A stretch of DNA of 64,000 nt. It comes from Scyliorhinus canicula. Taxonomy: Eukaryota. Position 1 is the first letter of the stretch, and every line of letters starts with the position of its first letter. A program made the position numbers and the translations under genes. The stretch covers positions 9,560,018 to 9,624,017 of the forward strand of contig NC_052159.1 of NCBI RefSeq assembly GCF_902713615.1. The letters are read 5' to 3'. The notes below the pieces were generated by a model. That model did not search any database. It was given only the letters and a program-made list of their open reading frames with translations, and was not told where the DNA came from. Positions 24,680 through 38,022 of this stretch are shown in pieces.

Positions 24680-25330
24680 GGGAGAGTGGTGGTTGTGGAG
24701 TGGGATATGTGGGTGTCCCTTTAAGAGATGGGGCCGCGCATGCGCGCTTCACGCCACCCGCCATGTTTGTGGATATGGGGGGGGGGGGGGGGGGGGGAGG
24801 TGGGATGGAGGAAACAAACACGGATTTCAGATTAAATACAAAGAGCGGGGACGATCCCACTCCGTCTGCCCCCCCACCCCAAATGTGTTAGCGGCGGCAG
24901 AACATTCCAGCAACAGTCACGAACCCGCCTCACCTCTCGGGGTCTTTGGGGAACCTGAAGAAAGGGATGTCGGGGCAGCTGGTGCTCTTCCTGCTGCAGT
25001 TGGGCGCCGCGCAGAAGTTCGGCATCGTCCCTTGATGACCTTTCTTTCAAATTGTTGTTGTTTTTCCTGCTCCCCCACCCACTCGCGCGCGCAAACGCAC
25101 GCTCTTTCCCAGGCTCGCCGAGACTGACACGCCGCCGCCGCCGCCGCCGCACGATTGCAAATGGCCAGAGCGCTGCGGCTGGGCCGCTACGTTACGTCCT
25201 ACGTGGGCACGCAGGAGGAGTGCCCCTCCGGTCCTCCTGCATCCCACAGTGCCACGCGATTGGGGGGGGGGGGGCGTGGCTGTGCACGGCCGTTATGCTG
25301 TCCGCAGGGAGAGTGGTCCTCCTCTATCCC
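24680..25330 (-). promoter_or_regulatory. CpG island promoter of THAP12-like exon 1B
   Basis: CpG dense, with a (GCC)n run near 25130-25150. NRF1-type CGCGCATGCGCG at 24735-24746 and YY1-type CCGCCATGTT near 24759. Confidence 0.75.
24934..25025 (-). CDS. THAP12: Second THAP12-like coding exon 1B, distal (MPNFCAAPNCSRKSTSCPDIPFFRFPKDPE+AG)
   Basis: ATG at 25025, 92 nt, donor AG|gtgagg, no stops. It is 24/30 aa identical to exon 1A and lies in its own CpG-rich region. Confidence 0.9.
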
Positions 25331-25825
25331 ACAGTGCCAAGCGGCTCACACAGTTCATTGTCCCATTTCTCTTCCCACATAATTCCCATCCACTCCACAC
25401 TTGCATTGCCAACCCACCAGGAATCCCCAGGACACGGCCGTTGTCCAATCCTGGAGAAAAATAATAATGATCAGGACATTGAAAAAATAGTTTAGAGAAC
25501 GATACTTTCTTTGACCATTTCCTCTTGCTGTATATGAGGGTATATATTGAAAATTATTGGGGGCGGAGCAGTGGAGAAAGGCTGTTTGGCTGACAGTTGA
25601 GCATTATCCATGAATCTTTCTGCTTTACAGTTGGCATGGGGGGAGGGGAGGGGGGGGTGCAGCACGTCACAAGGATGAATGGAGTGGGGGCAAGACGTGC
25701 GGTGTAACCTCCGGGACTTCATTGACAAGGAGTTGGCAATCCAGCTGAGGGATGCACCAAAGCTTGGGGGCAGCCAACACAGGGATGCAATGAGGAAAAG
25801 GTTGCCATCTAAGTTCAGCCACAGT

Positions 25826-26137
25826 TCATAGAACATACAGTGCAGAAGGAGGCCAATCGGCCCATCGAGTCTGCACCAACCCACTTAAACCTTCACTTCC
25901 ACGCTATCCCCGTCACCCAATAACCCCTCCTAACCTTTTTGGACACTAAGGGCAATTTAGCATTCCATCTAACCTGCACATCTTTAGACTGTGGGAGGAA
26001 ACCGGAGCACCCGGAGAAAACCCACACAGACACGGGGAGAACGTGCAGACTCCGCACAGACAGTGACCCAACGGGGAATCGAACCTGGAACCCTGGCTGT
26101 GAAGCCACAGTGCTGTCCACTTGTGCTACCGTGTTGC
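25826..26137 (-). mobile_element. HE1-like SINE with CR1-type tail (representative; others about 1064-1379 -, 4002-4295 +, 14900-15183 +, 21863-22187 -, 23049-23347 -, 24123-24450 +, 28130-28350 +)
   Basis: Same head and core as the poly(A) form, but ends in gactcgatgggccgaatggcctccttctgcactgtatgttctatg, like the CR1 3' ends in this window. Confidence 0.88.
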
Positions 26138-26679
26138 AGTACTTGAGGGTGAGCAACACCTGGTGAAAAATTTAAGGGACATTTTGTTACTGGTGAGTAT
26201 AAATAAGTCGCCATCATCCCAGATGACAATAGGCTGTTTTATCCTTCTGAGGGTGAGAACTGACGTGGTGATTTAACCTGAGGATCACCACACTTCAGGT
26301 GAGGGGCAAAGTTGAGAGGGCAGGGCCTTCATGACCTCAGTCAGCACCAGAATTGAACCCCACCTGTTGGCCTCACCCTGCATCACAAACCAGCCGTCCA
26401 GCCAACTGAGCTAAACATTTTTGGGTATTTTGCTGGAGCCCAAACCCCACTTGTTGGCCTCGCCCTGCATCACAAACCAGCTATCCAGCCAACAGAGCTG
26501 AACATTTTTGGATATTCTGCTGGAGCGAATGATTCAGGCTAACTAATATTCTAGTGCAATATTGAGGGAGTGCTGCACTATCTGTCTCGGATGACATGTT
26601 AACCTGGGGTCCCTCAATACTGTCCTGCAGTGTCAGGTAGCCTGGAGTCCAGCCTGGTATCTTACATATATACATGTGT

Positions 26680-27195
26680 ACGAACATACAAATTAAGAGC
26701 AGGAGTAGGCTACTCAGCTCCTTGAGCATGCTCCACCATTCAATAAAATCATGGTTGATCTGATTGCAGACTCGACTCCACATTCTCTCCTACCCCTGAT
26801 AACCTATAAACTCCTTGCTTATCTGGAATCTATCTAGCTCTGCCTTAAAAATATTCAAAGACTCACCTTCCATCACCTATTGCAGAAGAGAGTTCCAAAG
26901 ACTCACAACCTTCTGAGAGATTTTTCCCCCCTCATCTCTGCCTTAAATGGGTGGCGCTTTATTTTTAAACAGTGACCCCCGGTTCTAAATTCTTCCACAA
27001 GAGGAAACATCCTCTCCACATCCACCCTGTCAATACCCCTCAGCAAGTCACCTGTTATTCTTCTGAATTCCAATGGATACAAGCCTAGCCTGTCCACCCT
27101 TTCCTTATAAGACAACTTTTCTATTCCAGAGATTAGTAAAAGTTCTCTGAACTGCTTCCACCACAGTTACATCCTTCCTTAAATGTGAAACCAAT
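26680..27195 (-). mobile_element. CR1 3' fragment
   Basis: SYKERVDRLGLYPLEFRR...RTGGHCLKI on the minus strand. Confidence 0.8.
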
Positions 27196-30100
27196 AGTTG
27201 TTAGGAAATATAGTTTTAGTTAATTTTTATTTGTTTTTGTGAGTGTTAGGAATAAGATATAGCTTTGAATAAGCTTAATTTGTGTTTCTGTATTTGTTTG
27301 TTAATAAAGGATTAAGAACTTCAGTTTAGTTTCACTTCATTGTGATGAGGTTTTACAGCCCTAAAGCAAACTGGACTGTTGCCTAGTGACAGATGGGCTA
27401 CAAGGGGGTCAGGAAGCAGTTTGAGTTGAGCTGGAACAAAGTACTCCAGAATCAAGGAGTTTTTCCACAGAAACCGCTGGAACAGGGATGAAGAAAGCTT
27501 GCAGAGAGGGGGCCTCAAACTGAAGAACAGAAAAGTCCCAGAAACCAGCGAATGGAACAGAAGAAAGTTCTAGGAAAACTGAAGTCAAGGAGCAAAGAAC
27601 AGGAATCAAGCAAAAAGGTTCTGCCCAGTAAAGTTGAGAGTGAGGACCGGAGCGAAACTCCCAAGTTAAAGACAAAGCTGCCAGCTGCAGAGCTAGGAAG
27701 TCAGCTAATGTAAGCCTACTTGTGACACTAATAATAAGGAAGATTTTCACAGTAACTTAATTGCAGTGTTAATGTCAGCCGATTTGTGACACTAATAATA
27801 AAGATGAAGAAGAATCAGTTATATTAAAATTCATTTCTTTCAATCGATATGACTTATTATTACAAAATATGCAAAATGCTACACTCTTCCACTTTATTGT
27901 GGCACCTTGAAACGAAAATGCTTATTGCCCCAAGTAGGCTTCAAATGAAGTTACTGTGAAAAGCCCCTAGTCGCCACATTCCGGTGCCTGTTCAGGGAGG
28001 TTGGTACAGGAATTGAACCCATGCTGCTGCCCTGCCTTGGTCTGCTTTCAAAGCCAGCGATTTAGCCCTGTGTTAAATCTAGCCTCCAGCAGAGCTTGGG
28101 TTGTGAGAGCTCTTTCTGTCATTCTCTAATCTGAGTCTGCGTGGGTTTCCTCCGGGTGCTCTGGTTTCCTCCCACAGTCCAAAGACATGCAGGTTAGGTG
28201 GATTGGCTATGATAAATTGCCCTTAGTGACCAAAAGGTTAGGAAGGGTTATTGGGTTACAGGGATAAGGTGGAAGTGAGGGTTTAAGTGGGTCGGTGCAG
28301 ACGCGATGGGCCGAATGGCCTCCTTCTGCCCTGTATGTTCTATGTTCTAATTAGAGTGACACTTATTTTTGCATTAATATCTTGCTGCTGTTTATCACTT
28401 GTGTATGTGGTAGAGTATTTTTTCTTCCAAACATTGTCATTGTTCACATGTGTTACATATTATATTTTCTATATCCCAGTTCGATCCCCTTCTGGGTCAA
28501 TGTCCGTGTGGATTTGCACATTCTCCCGTGTCCCTGCGTGGGTTTCGCCCCCACAACCCAAAAATGTGCAGAGTAGGTGGATTGGCCGCAAATTTGCCCC
28601 TTAATTGGCAAAATAATTGGTAATCTAAATTTATAAAAAAAACTTAAAGAAAAATCTTTCTATAATGGAAGAGCCGCCTTAAGAGTGGTGTAAACAGATT
28701 GAATACCTTAGTAACTTTCAAAATAAATTCCTATATATATCTATGGGGGAGGGTGGTTGGGGGTGTGGGTGTTGGGGGGGAGGAGGGATAGGATTAATGC
28801 CACGGTCTGGTAATTCAGAAACCCAGACTAATGTTCTGAGGGCACAGGTTCACGTAATTCCATCAAATTCAATTAATAGCCCAGCATCAAAAAGATACCG
28901 CTGCCATTTGTCATAAAAACCCAACTGGTTCGCCAATGTCCTTTCGGGAAGGAAATCTGCCATCCTCACCTGATCTGGCCTTATACGTAACTCCAGACTC
29001 GCAGCAATGTGGTTGTCTCTTAACCGCCCTTGTGAAATGGTGTGGTAGGCTGCACAGTTCCACGGGCAATTCGAGATGCTGCCCTTGCCCTGCCACATCC
29101 CATCAAAGAATTTTTAAAAAATAGACTTGAAAAGATGAAAGTTAAATGGCTGTAGGGTGGAACAGAGGCGTGGAACTAATTGGATAGATCTTTCAAAGGG
29201 CTAGCAGAAGGTCAGTGGACTGAATGGGCTCCTTTGTTGTAAGTTTCTATAACTTCATAATCCTTCGCTCTGCTCTATGTTCTACCACTGCAGGCTCCTG
29301 TTCATTACACAGCTTCTTGTTACTTTTGTCAAAATAGACCAACTACCATACAGGAAGTTGTGGTGCCTGTAGATAGGCTTGTGTGGGCTGTTCACTTGCA
29401 TTTTTTAAAAAAACTTTGCACGTTCTACTAGAAACCGACAAACAATGAATTAGTAATGAGCTGCATCTGACTCTCTGAATGGAAGACATCTTAAAGAAGA
29501 CAAGTTTTGTAATCAGTGACCTTTTGAAAAACAAACACTGGTTACAATAATGAAATTCAAATTGATAGAATCCTAGAGAATAAAATCACACAGCATAGAG
29601 AGAGGCCATTCGGCCCATTGTACCCTGTGTTGACTCTCCGAAAGAACTATCTAATTAGTTGCAGTTTCCTGCTTGATCCCAATACCCTGTAAAAAAAAAA
29701 ATTGGAATAGATCCTTTTTTATTGCTGCTCATGGTTTTCATTTTCCCAATTTACCTGAAAGTGGATGCCAGAAGCTGCTGCTAGCTCGTACAAGTGGCCC
29801 CTCTGTGTGTGAGTCTGAATAGTAAATGCCTGCGCGCATTTCAACTACAGAGACCACATGGTTAAGCTGATCCATTGAACATCTGGCATCCACCAACATT
29901 TCCCCTTCTAGCCTGGTTCACTAGAAAGAATGGGAAGGGGAAACCCTGTTGTGTTTTTCTCTACAAAGTTACAGAGTCCTATTGTGCCCTCACAATTACC
30001 TTACGTTGTCAGGTAGTCCAAATGCACGCAAATGGTGACGTGCAAAGCCGGGGGGGGGGGGGGGGGGACGTGTCTAACATGGCCCTCATCGTGCTGGTTA

Positions 30101-30304
30101 CCTTTGTGTGTGGCTGTAATAAGCCAGGTGTAAACCCTCGGTGCATAAACACTAAGTATAACTATGTGGCGAGGTTCTGCCTATCCCCGGTATTGCGAAG
30201 GATGGCTCTACTCATGCTGCCATAATGTTCGTTTCATTATACTGAAGTGCAACGTGATCTATGTCGAAAACTTGCATATTTGTTTTTGAATTTTTCCAAT
30301 TAAG

Positions 30305-33300
30305 GGGCTACAAAGCGAAGTCAAGTAGAATCTCTGGCAGCGCACCCCTTCCCGATTAACCCAATGCATTCTGTGCTCGGTTCGAGCAGGAAACTATCAA
30401 ACCGCTGTCAACTGCCCTAGCAGCCTCGGGCAAACCCACACCCACCGTTACAGCAGCCTCGGGCAAACCCACACCCACCGTTACAGCAGCCTCGGGTACA
30501 CCCATACCCACCGTTACAGCAGCCTCGGGCACACCCATACCCACCGTTACAGCAGCCTCGGGTACACCCATACCCACCGTTACAGCAGCCTCGGGTACAC
30601 CCATACCCACCGTCACAGCAGCCTCGGGTACACCCATACCCACTGTTACAGCAGCCTCGGGTACACCCATACGCACCGTCACAGCAGCCTCGGGTACACC
30701 CATACACACCGTTACAGCAGCCTCGGGTACACCCATACCCACTGTTACAGCAGCCTCGGGTACACCCATACCCACCGTCACAGCAGCCTCAGACACACCC
30801 ATACCCACCGTCACAGCAGCCTCGGGTACACCCATACCCACCGTCACAGCAGCCTCAGACACACCCATACCCACCGTCACAGCAGCCTCGGGTACACCCA
30901 TACCCACTGTTACAGCAGCCTCGGGTACACCCATACCCACCGTCACAGCAGCCTCGGGTACACCCATACACACCGTTACAGCAGCCTCGGGTACACCCAT
31001 ACCCACTGTTACAGCAGCCTCGGGTACACCCATACCCACCGTTACAGCAGCCTCGGGCACACCCATACCCACCGTCACAGCAGCCTCGGGTACACCCATA
31101 CCCACCGTCACAGCAGCCTCGGGCACACCCATACCCACCGTTACAGCAGCCTCGGGCAAACCCATACCCACTGTTACAGCAGCCTCGGGCACACCCATAC
31201 CCACCGTTACAGCAGCCTCGGGCACACCCATACCCACCGTCACAGCAGCCTCGGGCACACCCATACCCACCGTTACAGCAGCCTCGAGTACACCCATACC
31301 CACCATCACAGCAGCCTCGGGTACACCCATACCCACCGTTACAGCAGCCTCGGGCACACCCATACCCACCGTCACAGCAGCCTCGGGCACACCCATACCC
31401 ACCGTCACAGCAGCCTCGGGCACACCCATACCCACCGTCACAGCAGCCTCGGGCACACCCATACCCACCGTTACAGCAGCCTCGGGCACACCCATACCCA
31501 CCGTTACAGCAGCCTGGGGTACACCCATACCCACCGTCACAGCAGCCTCGGGCACACCCATACCCACCGTTACAGCAGCCTCGGGCACACCCATACCCAC
31601 CGTTACAGCAGCCTCGGGCACACCCATACCCACCATTACAGCAGCCTCAGGTACACCCATACCCACCGTTACAGCAGCCTCAGGTACACCCATACCCACC
31701 GTTACAGCAGCCTCGGGCACACCCATACCCACCGTTACAGCAGCCTCGGGCACACCCATACCCACCGTTACAGCAGCCTCGGGCACACCCATACCCACCA
31801 TTACAGCAGCCTCGGGCACACCCATACCCACCGTTACAGCAGCCTCGGGCACACCCATACCCACCGTCACAGCAGCCTCAGGCACACCCATACCCACCGT
31901 TACAGCAGCCTCGGGTACACCCATACCCACCGTCACAGCAGCCTCGGGTACACCCATACCCACCATTACAGCAGCTTCGGGTACACCCATACCCACCGTC
32001 ACAGCAGCCTCGGGTACACCCATACCCACCGTTACAGCAGCCTCGGGTACACCCATACCCACTGTTACAGCAGCCTCGGGTACACCCATACCCACCGTCA
32101 CAGCAGCCTCGGGTACACCCATACCCACCGTCACAGCAGCCTCGGGTACACCCATACCCACCATTACAGCAGCCTCGGGTACACTCATACCCACCGTCAC
32201 AGCCGCCTCGGGCACACCCATACCCACCGTCACAGCAGCCTCGGGCACACCCATACCCACCGTTACAGCAGCCTCGGGTACACCCATACCCACCGTCACA
32301 GCAGCCTCGGGTACACCCATACCCACCGTTACAGCAGCCTCGGGTACACCCATACCCACCGTCACAGCAGCCTCGGGTACACCCATACCCACCATCACAG
32401 CAGCCTCGGGTACACCCATACCCACCGTCACAGCAGCCTCGGGTACACCCATACCCACCGTTACAGCAGCCTCGGGTACACCCATACCCACCGTCACAGC
32501 AGCCTCGGGCTCACCCATACCCACCGTCACAGCAGCCTCGGGCTCACCCATACCCACTGTTACAGCAGCCTCGGGTACACCCATACCCACTGTTACAGCA
32601 GCCTCGGGTACACCCATACCCACCGTTACAGCAGCCTCGGGTACACCCATACCCACCGTCACAGCAGCCTCGGGCACACCCATACCCACCGTCACAGCAG
32701 CCTCGGGTACACTCATACCCACCGTCACAGCAGCCTCGGGCACACCCATACCCACCGTTACAGCAGCCTCGGGTACACCCTACCCACCGTCACAGCAGCC
32801 TCGGGTACACCCATACCCACCGTCACAGCAGCCTCGGGTACACCCTACCCACCGTCACAGCAGCCTCGGGTACACCCATACCCACCGTCACAGCAGCCTC
32901 GGGCACACCCATACCCACCGTCACAGCAGCCTCGGGTACACCCATACCCACCGTCACAGCAGCCTCGGGTACACCCATACCCACCGTTACAGCAGCCTCG
33001 GACACACTCATACCCACCGTCACAGCAGCCTCGGACACACCCATACCCACCGTTACAGCAGCCTCAGGTACACCCATACCCATCGTCACAGCAGCCTCAG
33101 GTACACCCATACCCACCGTCACAGCAGCCTCGGGCACACCCATACCCACCGTTACAGCAGCCTCAGACACACCCATACCCACCATCACAGCAGCCTCAGA
33201 CACACCCATACCCACCGTTACAGCAGCCTCGGGTACACCCATACCCACCGTTACAGCAGCCTCGGGCACACCCATACCCACTGTTACAGCAGCCTCGGAT

Positions 33301-35673
33301 ACACCCATACCCACCGTCACAGCAGCCTCGGATACACCCATACCCACCGTCACAGCAGCCTCGGATACACCCATACCCACCGTCACAGCAGCCTCGGGTA
33401 CACCCATACCCACCATCACAGCAGCCTCGGGTACACCCATACCCACCGTCACAGCAGCCTCGGGTACACCCATACCCACCGTTACAGCAGCCTCGGGTAC
33501 ACCCATACCCACCGTTACAGCAGCCTCGGGTACACCCATACCCACTGTTACAGCAGCCTCGGGCACACCCATACCCACTGTTACAGCAGCCTCAGGCACA
33601 CCCATACCCACCGTCACAGCCGCCTCGGGTACACCCATACCCACCGTCACAGCCGCCTCGGGTACACCCATACCCACCGTCACAGCCGCCTCGGGCACAC
33701 CCATACCCACCGTCACAGCAGCCTCGGGTACACCCATACCCACCGTTACAGCAGCCTGGGGTACACCCATACCCACCGTTACAGCAGCTTCGGACACACC
33801 CATACCCACCGTCACAGCAGCCTCGGGTACACCCATACCCACCGTCACAGCAGCCTCGGGCACACCCATACCCACCGTCACAGCAGCCTCGGGCACACCC
33901 ATACCCACCGTTACAGCAGCCTCAGGCACACCCATACCCACCGTCACAGCAGCCTCAGACACACCCATACCCACCGTTACAGCAGCCTCGGGCACACCCA
34001 TACCCACTGTCACAGCAGCCTCGGGCACACCCATACCCACCATTACAGCAGCCTCGGGTACACCCATACCCACCGTTACAGCAGCCTCGGGTACACCCAT
34101 ACCCACCGTTACAGCAGCCTCGGGTACACCCATACCCACCGTCACAGCAGCCTCGGGCACACCCATACCCACCGTTACAGCAGCCTCGGGTACACTCATA
34201 CCCACCATTACAGCAGCCTCGGGTACACCCATACCCACCGTCACAGCAGCCTCGGGTACACCCATACCCACCGTTACAGCAGCCTGGGGTACACCCTACC
34301 CACCGTTGCAGCAGCCTCAGACACACCCATACCCACCGTTACAGCAGCCTCGGGCACACCCTACCCACCGTCACAGCAGCCTCGGGTACACCCATACCCA
34401 CCGTCACAGCAGCCTCGGGTACACCCATACCCACCATTACAGCAGCCTCGGGCACACCCATACCCACCGTTACAGCAGCCTCGGGCACACCCTACCCACC
34501 GTTGCAGCAGCCTCGGGCACACCCATACCCACCGTTGCAGCAGCCTCGGGTACACCCATACCCACCGTTACAGCTTCTGAAGTCAGATCGGCTTTCCTGA
34601 AAGTGAATCCTCGGAACGCAACGGGTCCTGACGGGGTCCCTGGCCTTGCACTCAAATCCTGCGCGGACCAGCTGGCAGGTGTGTTCGTGGACATCATCAA
34701 TCTCACCCTACTCCGTTCTGAGTCCCCACCTGCTTCAAGAAGACCACTATCATACCGGTATCAAAAAAAGAACCAGGCAACGTGCCTCAACGACTATTGT
34801 CCAGTGGCCTTGATATCTATCATTATGAAGTGCTTTGCGAGGTTGGTAACAAGGGGGGAGTGAGATATAGAGTCTAGTGGAGTGGTGTAACGACAACAAT
34901 CTCTCCCTCAATGTCATCAAACCAAAGAGCTGGTCATTGACTTCAGGAAGCAAAGTATTGTACACACCCTTGTCTGCATCAAGGGGGCTGAGGTGGAGAT
35001 GGTTGACAGCTCAAATTCCTAGGTGTGCATGTCACCAACAATCTGTTCTGGTCCACCCATGTCGACATGACCAAGAAAGCACAACAGCACCTATACGTCC
35101 TCAGGAAACTAAGGAAATTTGGGATGTCCGCAGTGACTCTTACCAACTTTTACAGATGCACCGTGGAAAGCATCCTATCGGGCTGCATCAGAGCCTGGTA
35201 TGGCAACTGCTTGGCCCAAGACCGTACGAAACTACAGAGTCGTGATCACTGCCCAGTCTGTCACACAAACCCGCCTTCCATCCATTGACTCCATCAACAC
35301 CTCCCGCTGCCTGGGGAAAGCGGGCAGCATAATCAAAGACCCCTCCCACCCGGCTTATTCACACTTCCAACCTTTTCCCTCAGGCAGGAGATACAAAAGT
35401 CTGAGAACACGCACTAACAGGTTCAAAAACAACTTCTTCCCCACTGTTACCAGACTCCTAAATGACTGTCTTATGGACCAAACTGATCTCTTAACACATC
35501 TTTTGAATGACCAATAATACACTCCTGTATGCTTCACCTGTGTCTATGTATTTATATTGTGTATTCACGTTTGTCCTATGTATTTCTCTCATGTATGGAA
35601 TGATCTGTCTGAACTTATGCAGAACAATAATTTTCACTGTGCCTCGGTGTGCGTGACAATAAACAAATCCAAT
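30305..35673 (+). mobile_element. 5'-truncated, internally deleted Rex1/Babar-type LINE carrying an expanded minisatellite
   Basis: PD*PNAFCARFEQ precedes the repeat. VTASEVRSAFLKVNPRNATGPDGVPG...ADQLAGVF...CLNDYCPVAL...MKCFARLV follows it, then WCNDNNLSLNV, KKAQQHLYVLRKL, FYRCTVESILSGCI. The 3' end is gtgacaataaacaaatccaat. Confidence 0.88.
30418..34575. repeat. 33-bp minisatellite (ACAGCAGCCTCGGGYACACCCATACCCACCGTY), about 126 copies
   Basis: Directly visible, highly homogeneous tandem array with a few 32-bp units (about 32780, 32845, 34296, 34361, 34492). Confidence 0.98.
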
Positions 35674-36204
35674 TTAGCGTGGCCCATCCACTTGCCCTGC
35701 ACATCTTTGGATTGTGGGGGTGAGACCCATGCAGACACGGGAAGAAAGTGCAAACTCATCAGGAACAGTGACGTGGGGCTGGGATCGAACCCGGGACCTT
35801 GGTGCCCTGAGGCAGCAGTGCCAACCACTGTGCCACCATGCCACATCAAAAACCTGAATATTGTTGCACTCTCTGTGATGGCCATTTTGAAATGTTTTTA
35901 ATGTTCTTTCAGGTATTTTATGAATAAAGTCTACTTTTACCCAAGAATAGCTGGCTCAAATGTGCAGTGGAGAGAGGTTGCCATCTAAAGCCTTTCAGCC
36001 ATAGTGCAACAATGGGCTGGAAACTGTAGAACCCCTACTCCTGTATGCTGGACATAGAATGTATATAGTAAGTATCACATATAGTGCAATTGTATCCAGG
36101 CACTTCAGAATGCAACAAGCAAGAGAAAAGTTGGTTATTGCACTTTCTGCAGTGACCATTTCGAAATGCTTTGGTTGTTCTTTTAGATATTTCATGAATA
36201 AAGA

Positions 36205-37020
36205 GCTGTGAAAGATCAAGTATTGCATTAAAAAAAATAAATTTAGAGTACCCAATTACTTTTTTCCAATAAGGAGCAATTTAGCATGGCCAGTCCACCT
36301 ACCCTGCACATCTTTGGGTTGTGGGGGGGCAGCGTGGTGGTGCAGTGGTTTGCACTGCTGTGTCACGGCGCCGAGGTCCCAGGTTCGATCCCGGCTCTGG
36401 GTCACTGTCCGTGTGGAGTTTGCACATTCTCCCCGTGTTTGCGTGGGTTTCGCCCCTTAATTGGAAAAAAATAATTGGGTGCTCTAAATTATCTTTTTTA
36501 AATCTTTGGGTTGTGGGGGTGGGGCCCACGCAGACACAGGGAGAATGTGCAAACTCCACACGGACAGTGACCCGGGGCCAGGATCGAACCCAGGACCCCG
36601 GCGCCATGAGGCAGCAGTGCTAACCACTGCACCATCATGCCGCCTAAGACCAAGTATTGCAGACTGGTATATTCCAAAGTCCATGTTGAGGGGCGCACAA
36701 AAGCTTTGGGCAACTACCCCAATGGGGAAAGGCCACCCTCCTGCCATCATTTACTGAACGGCTGGAACCTATATAAAATCTCTCAGTCTGTATACACCAG
36801 AGAATGCTTGACATGAAATTAATATTGTAAATATATCCTGTCGTTTTTTAAAAATGAAAATCACCCATATATCCTGTAATTTTAAGTAACCTGTAATTGC
36901 ATCTGAGTACCACATACAGCACTGAAATAAATTGAACTGTATTGCACTTTATGCACTGTCAAAAATGAACTATTTGTAATATACATTTAATATTTTATGA
37001 ATAAAATGATTTTTGGAAAA
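36205..37020 (+). mobile_element. Probable Tx1-clade LINE 3' remnant, preceded by two similar tails (about 35850-35940 and 36130-36205)
   Basis: Decayed CRL.YSKV...LRGAQKL...QWGKAT-like coding end; three related ...tatttyatgaataaa tails. Confidence 0.45.
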
Positions 37021-37452
37021 GGAATCAGCTAGCACAACATTGTCTCGGAATAATGCCTCTCAATAGCTCAATGGGAGAGCACTAGCTAATTTCACAAGGT
37101 TTCAAGTTTTCAGACTTTTACTGTAACAAAAACTAAAACCAACAATGACTAAACACTATTTCATATCCAACTTACACTCAACTACAGAAAAAGTAACATA
37201 ACTGAAAATCTCACTTCATGGTTCTACTTAATTCTATCCCTTAAGTAACCACCCTCTTCTCCTGGAAGCATTCAAGGTGATTCGTAGCACCCGAGGGGTT
37301 GCTTCTTTTCCGTTTCCATCCAAGTAACTCCGAATACCTGAACTGACTTTGATCATTAGGATACCCTGGAGATTCCTCCCTCTATCCATAGCTAGGTGAA
37401 TCTTCCAGTCTTGCTTTAATCCTCATGAACTGAGTCTCAATTCAAACATGGT

Positions 37453-38022
37453 GGGCTGGATTTTCTGCAGCCCCGCGCCAAAATCACGTTCGGCGTTGGG
37501 GTGAAGAATCCCCGTTTACGTGGAAATCGTAGCCAGTCCCCGGAAAATCGCTCACGCACGATCTACGCAGCTAGGGGGCCATTGACAGAGCTCCCCCCCC
37601 CCCCTGCGATTCTCCGGGCAAAACTGGCCAAGTTCCCGACGGCGTGGTTCTAACCACGTATTGGCTGTCAGGAACCTCGGGTGGTGGCTGCGGACTCAGT
37701 CTGCGGCCACCTTGGTGGGGGGCGGGGGGATTGAACACCAGGAAGGCCTCATGGACAGCTTGGATCTGTGGGCACACTTAATCTCGGGGGGCCTACATTA
37801 TTGATGTCGGTCTGCGGTCCGTGTCTGCCATCGCGCCTGGCGCGGCCGGAAGTGTGGGAGCCCGTGTCCGCAGCTGAAGCTGCGAGAAGCATTCCGGGGC
37901 CCTGCCAGCCCCCCGCAAGGTTAGAGAATAGCTGTAGATTTTTCTGAGGAAAGTCAAGAGTGAAACACCAGCGTTTTTACACTGGGGTGGGGACATAGCC
38001 CCATTTTTGGAGAATCCAGCCC
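37453..38022. mobile_element. Harbinger-type MITE, older
   Basis: TIRs GGGCTGGATTTTCT...GGAGAATCCAGCCC; the TSD is not intact. Confidence 0.75.

Noticed and set aside
8042-24933. A complete second THAP12 gene downstream of exon 1B
   Set aside because: I found no exon 2/3/4 homologue by eye, and the ORF track has no long non-retroelement minus-strand ORF here. A highly diverged small exon cannot be fully excluded.
30356-34326. 799-aa and 482-aa ORFs of (VGMGVPEAAVT)n as a novel repetitive protein gene
   Set aside because: They are the antisense reading of a stop-free 33-bp minisatellite inside a dead LINE, broken by 1-nt deletions and without evident exon structure.
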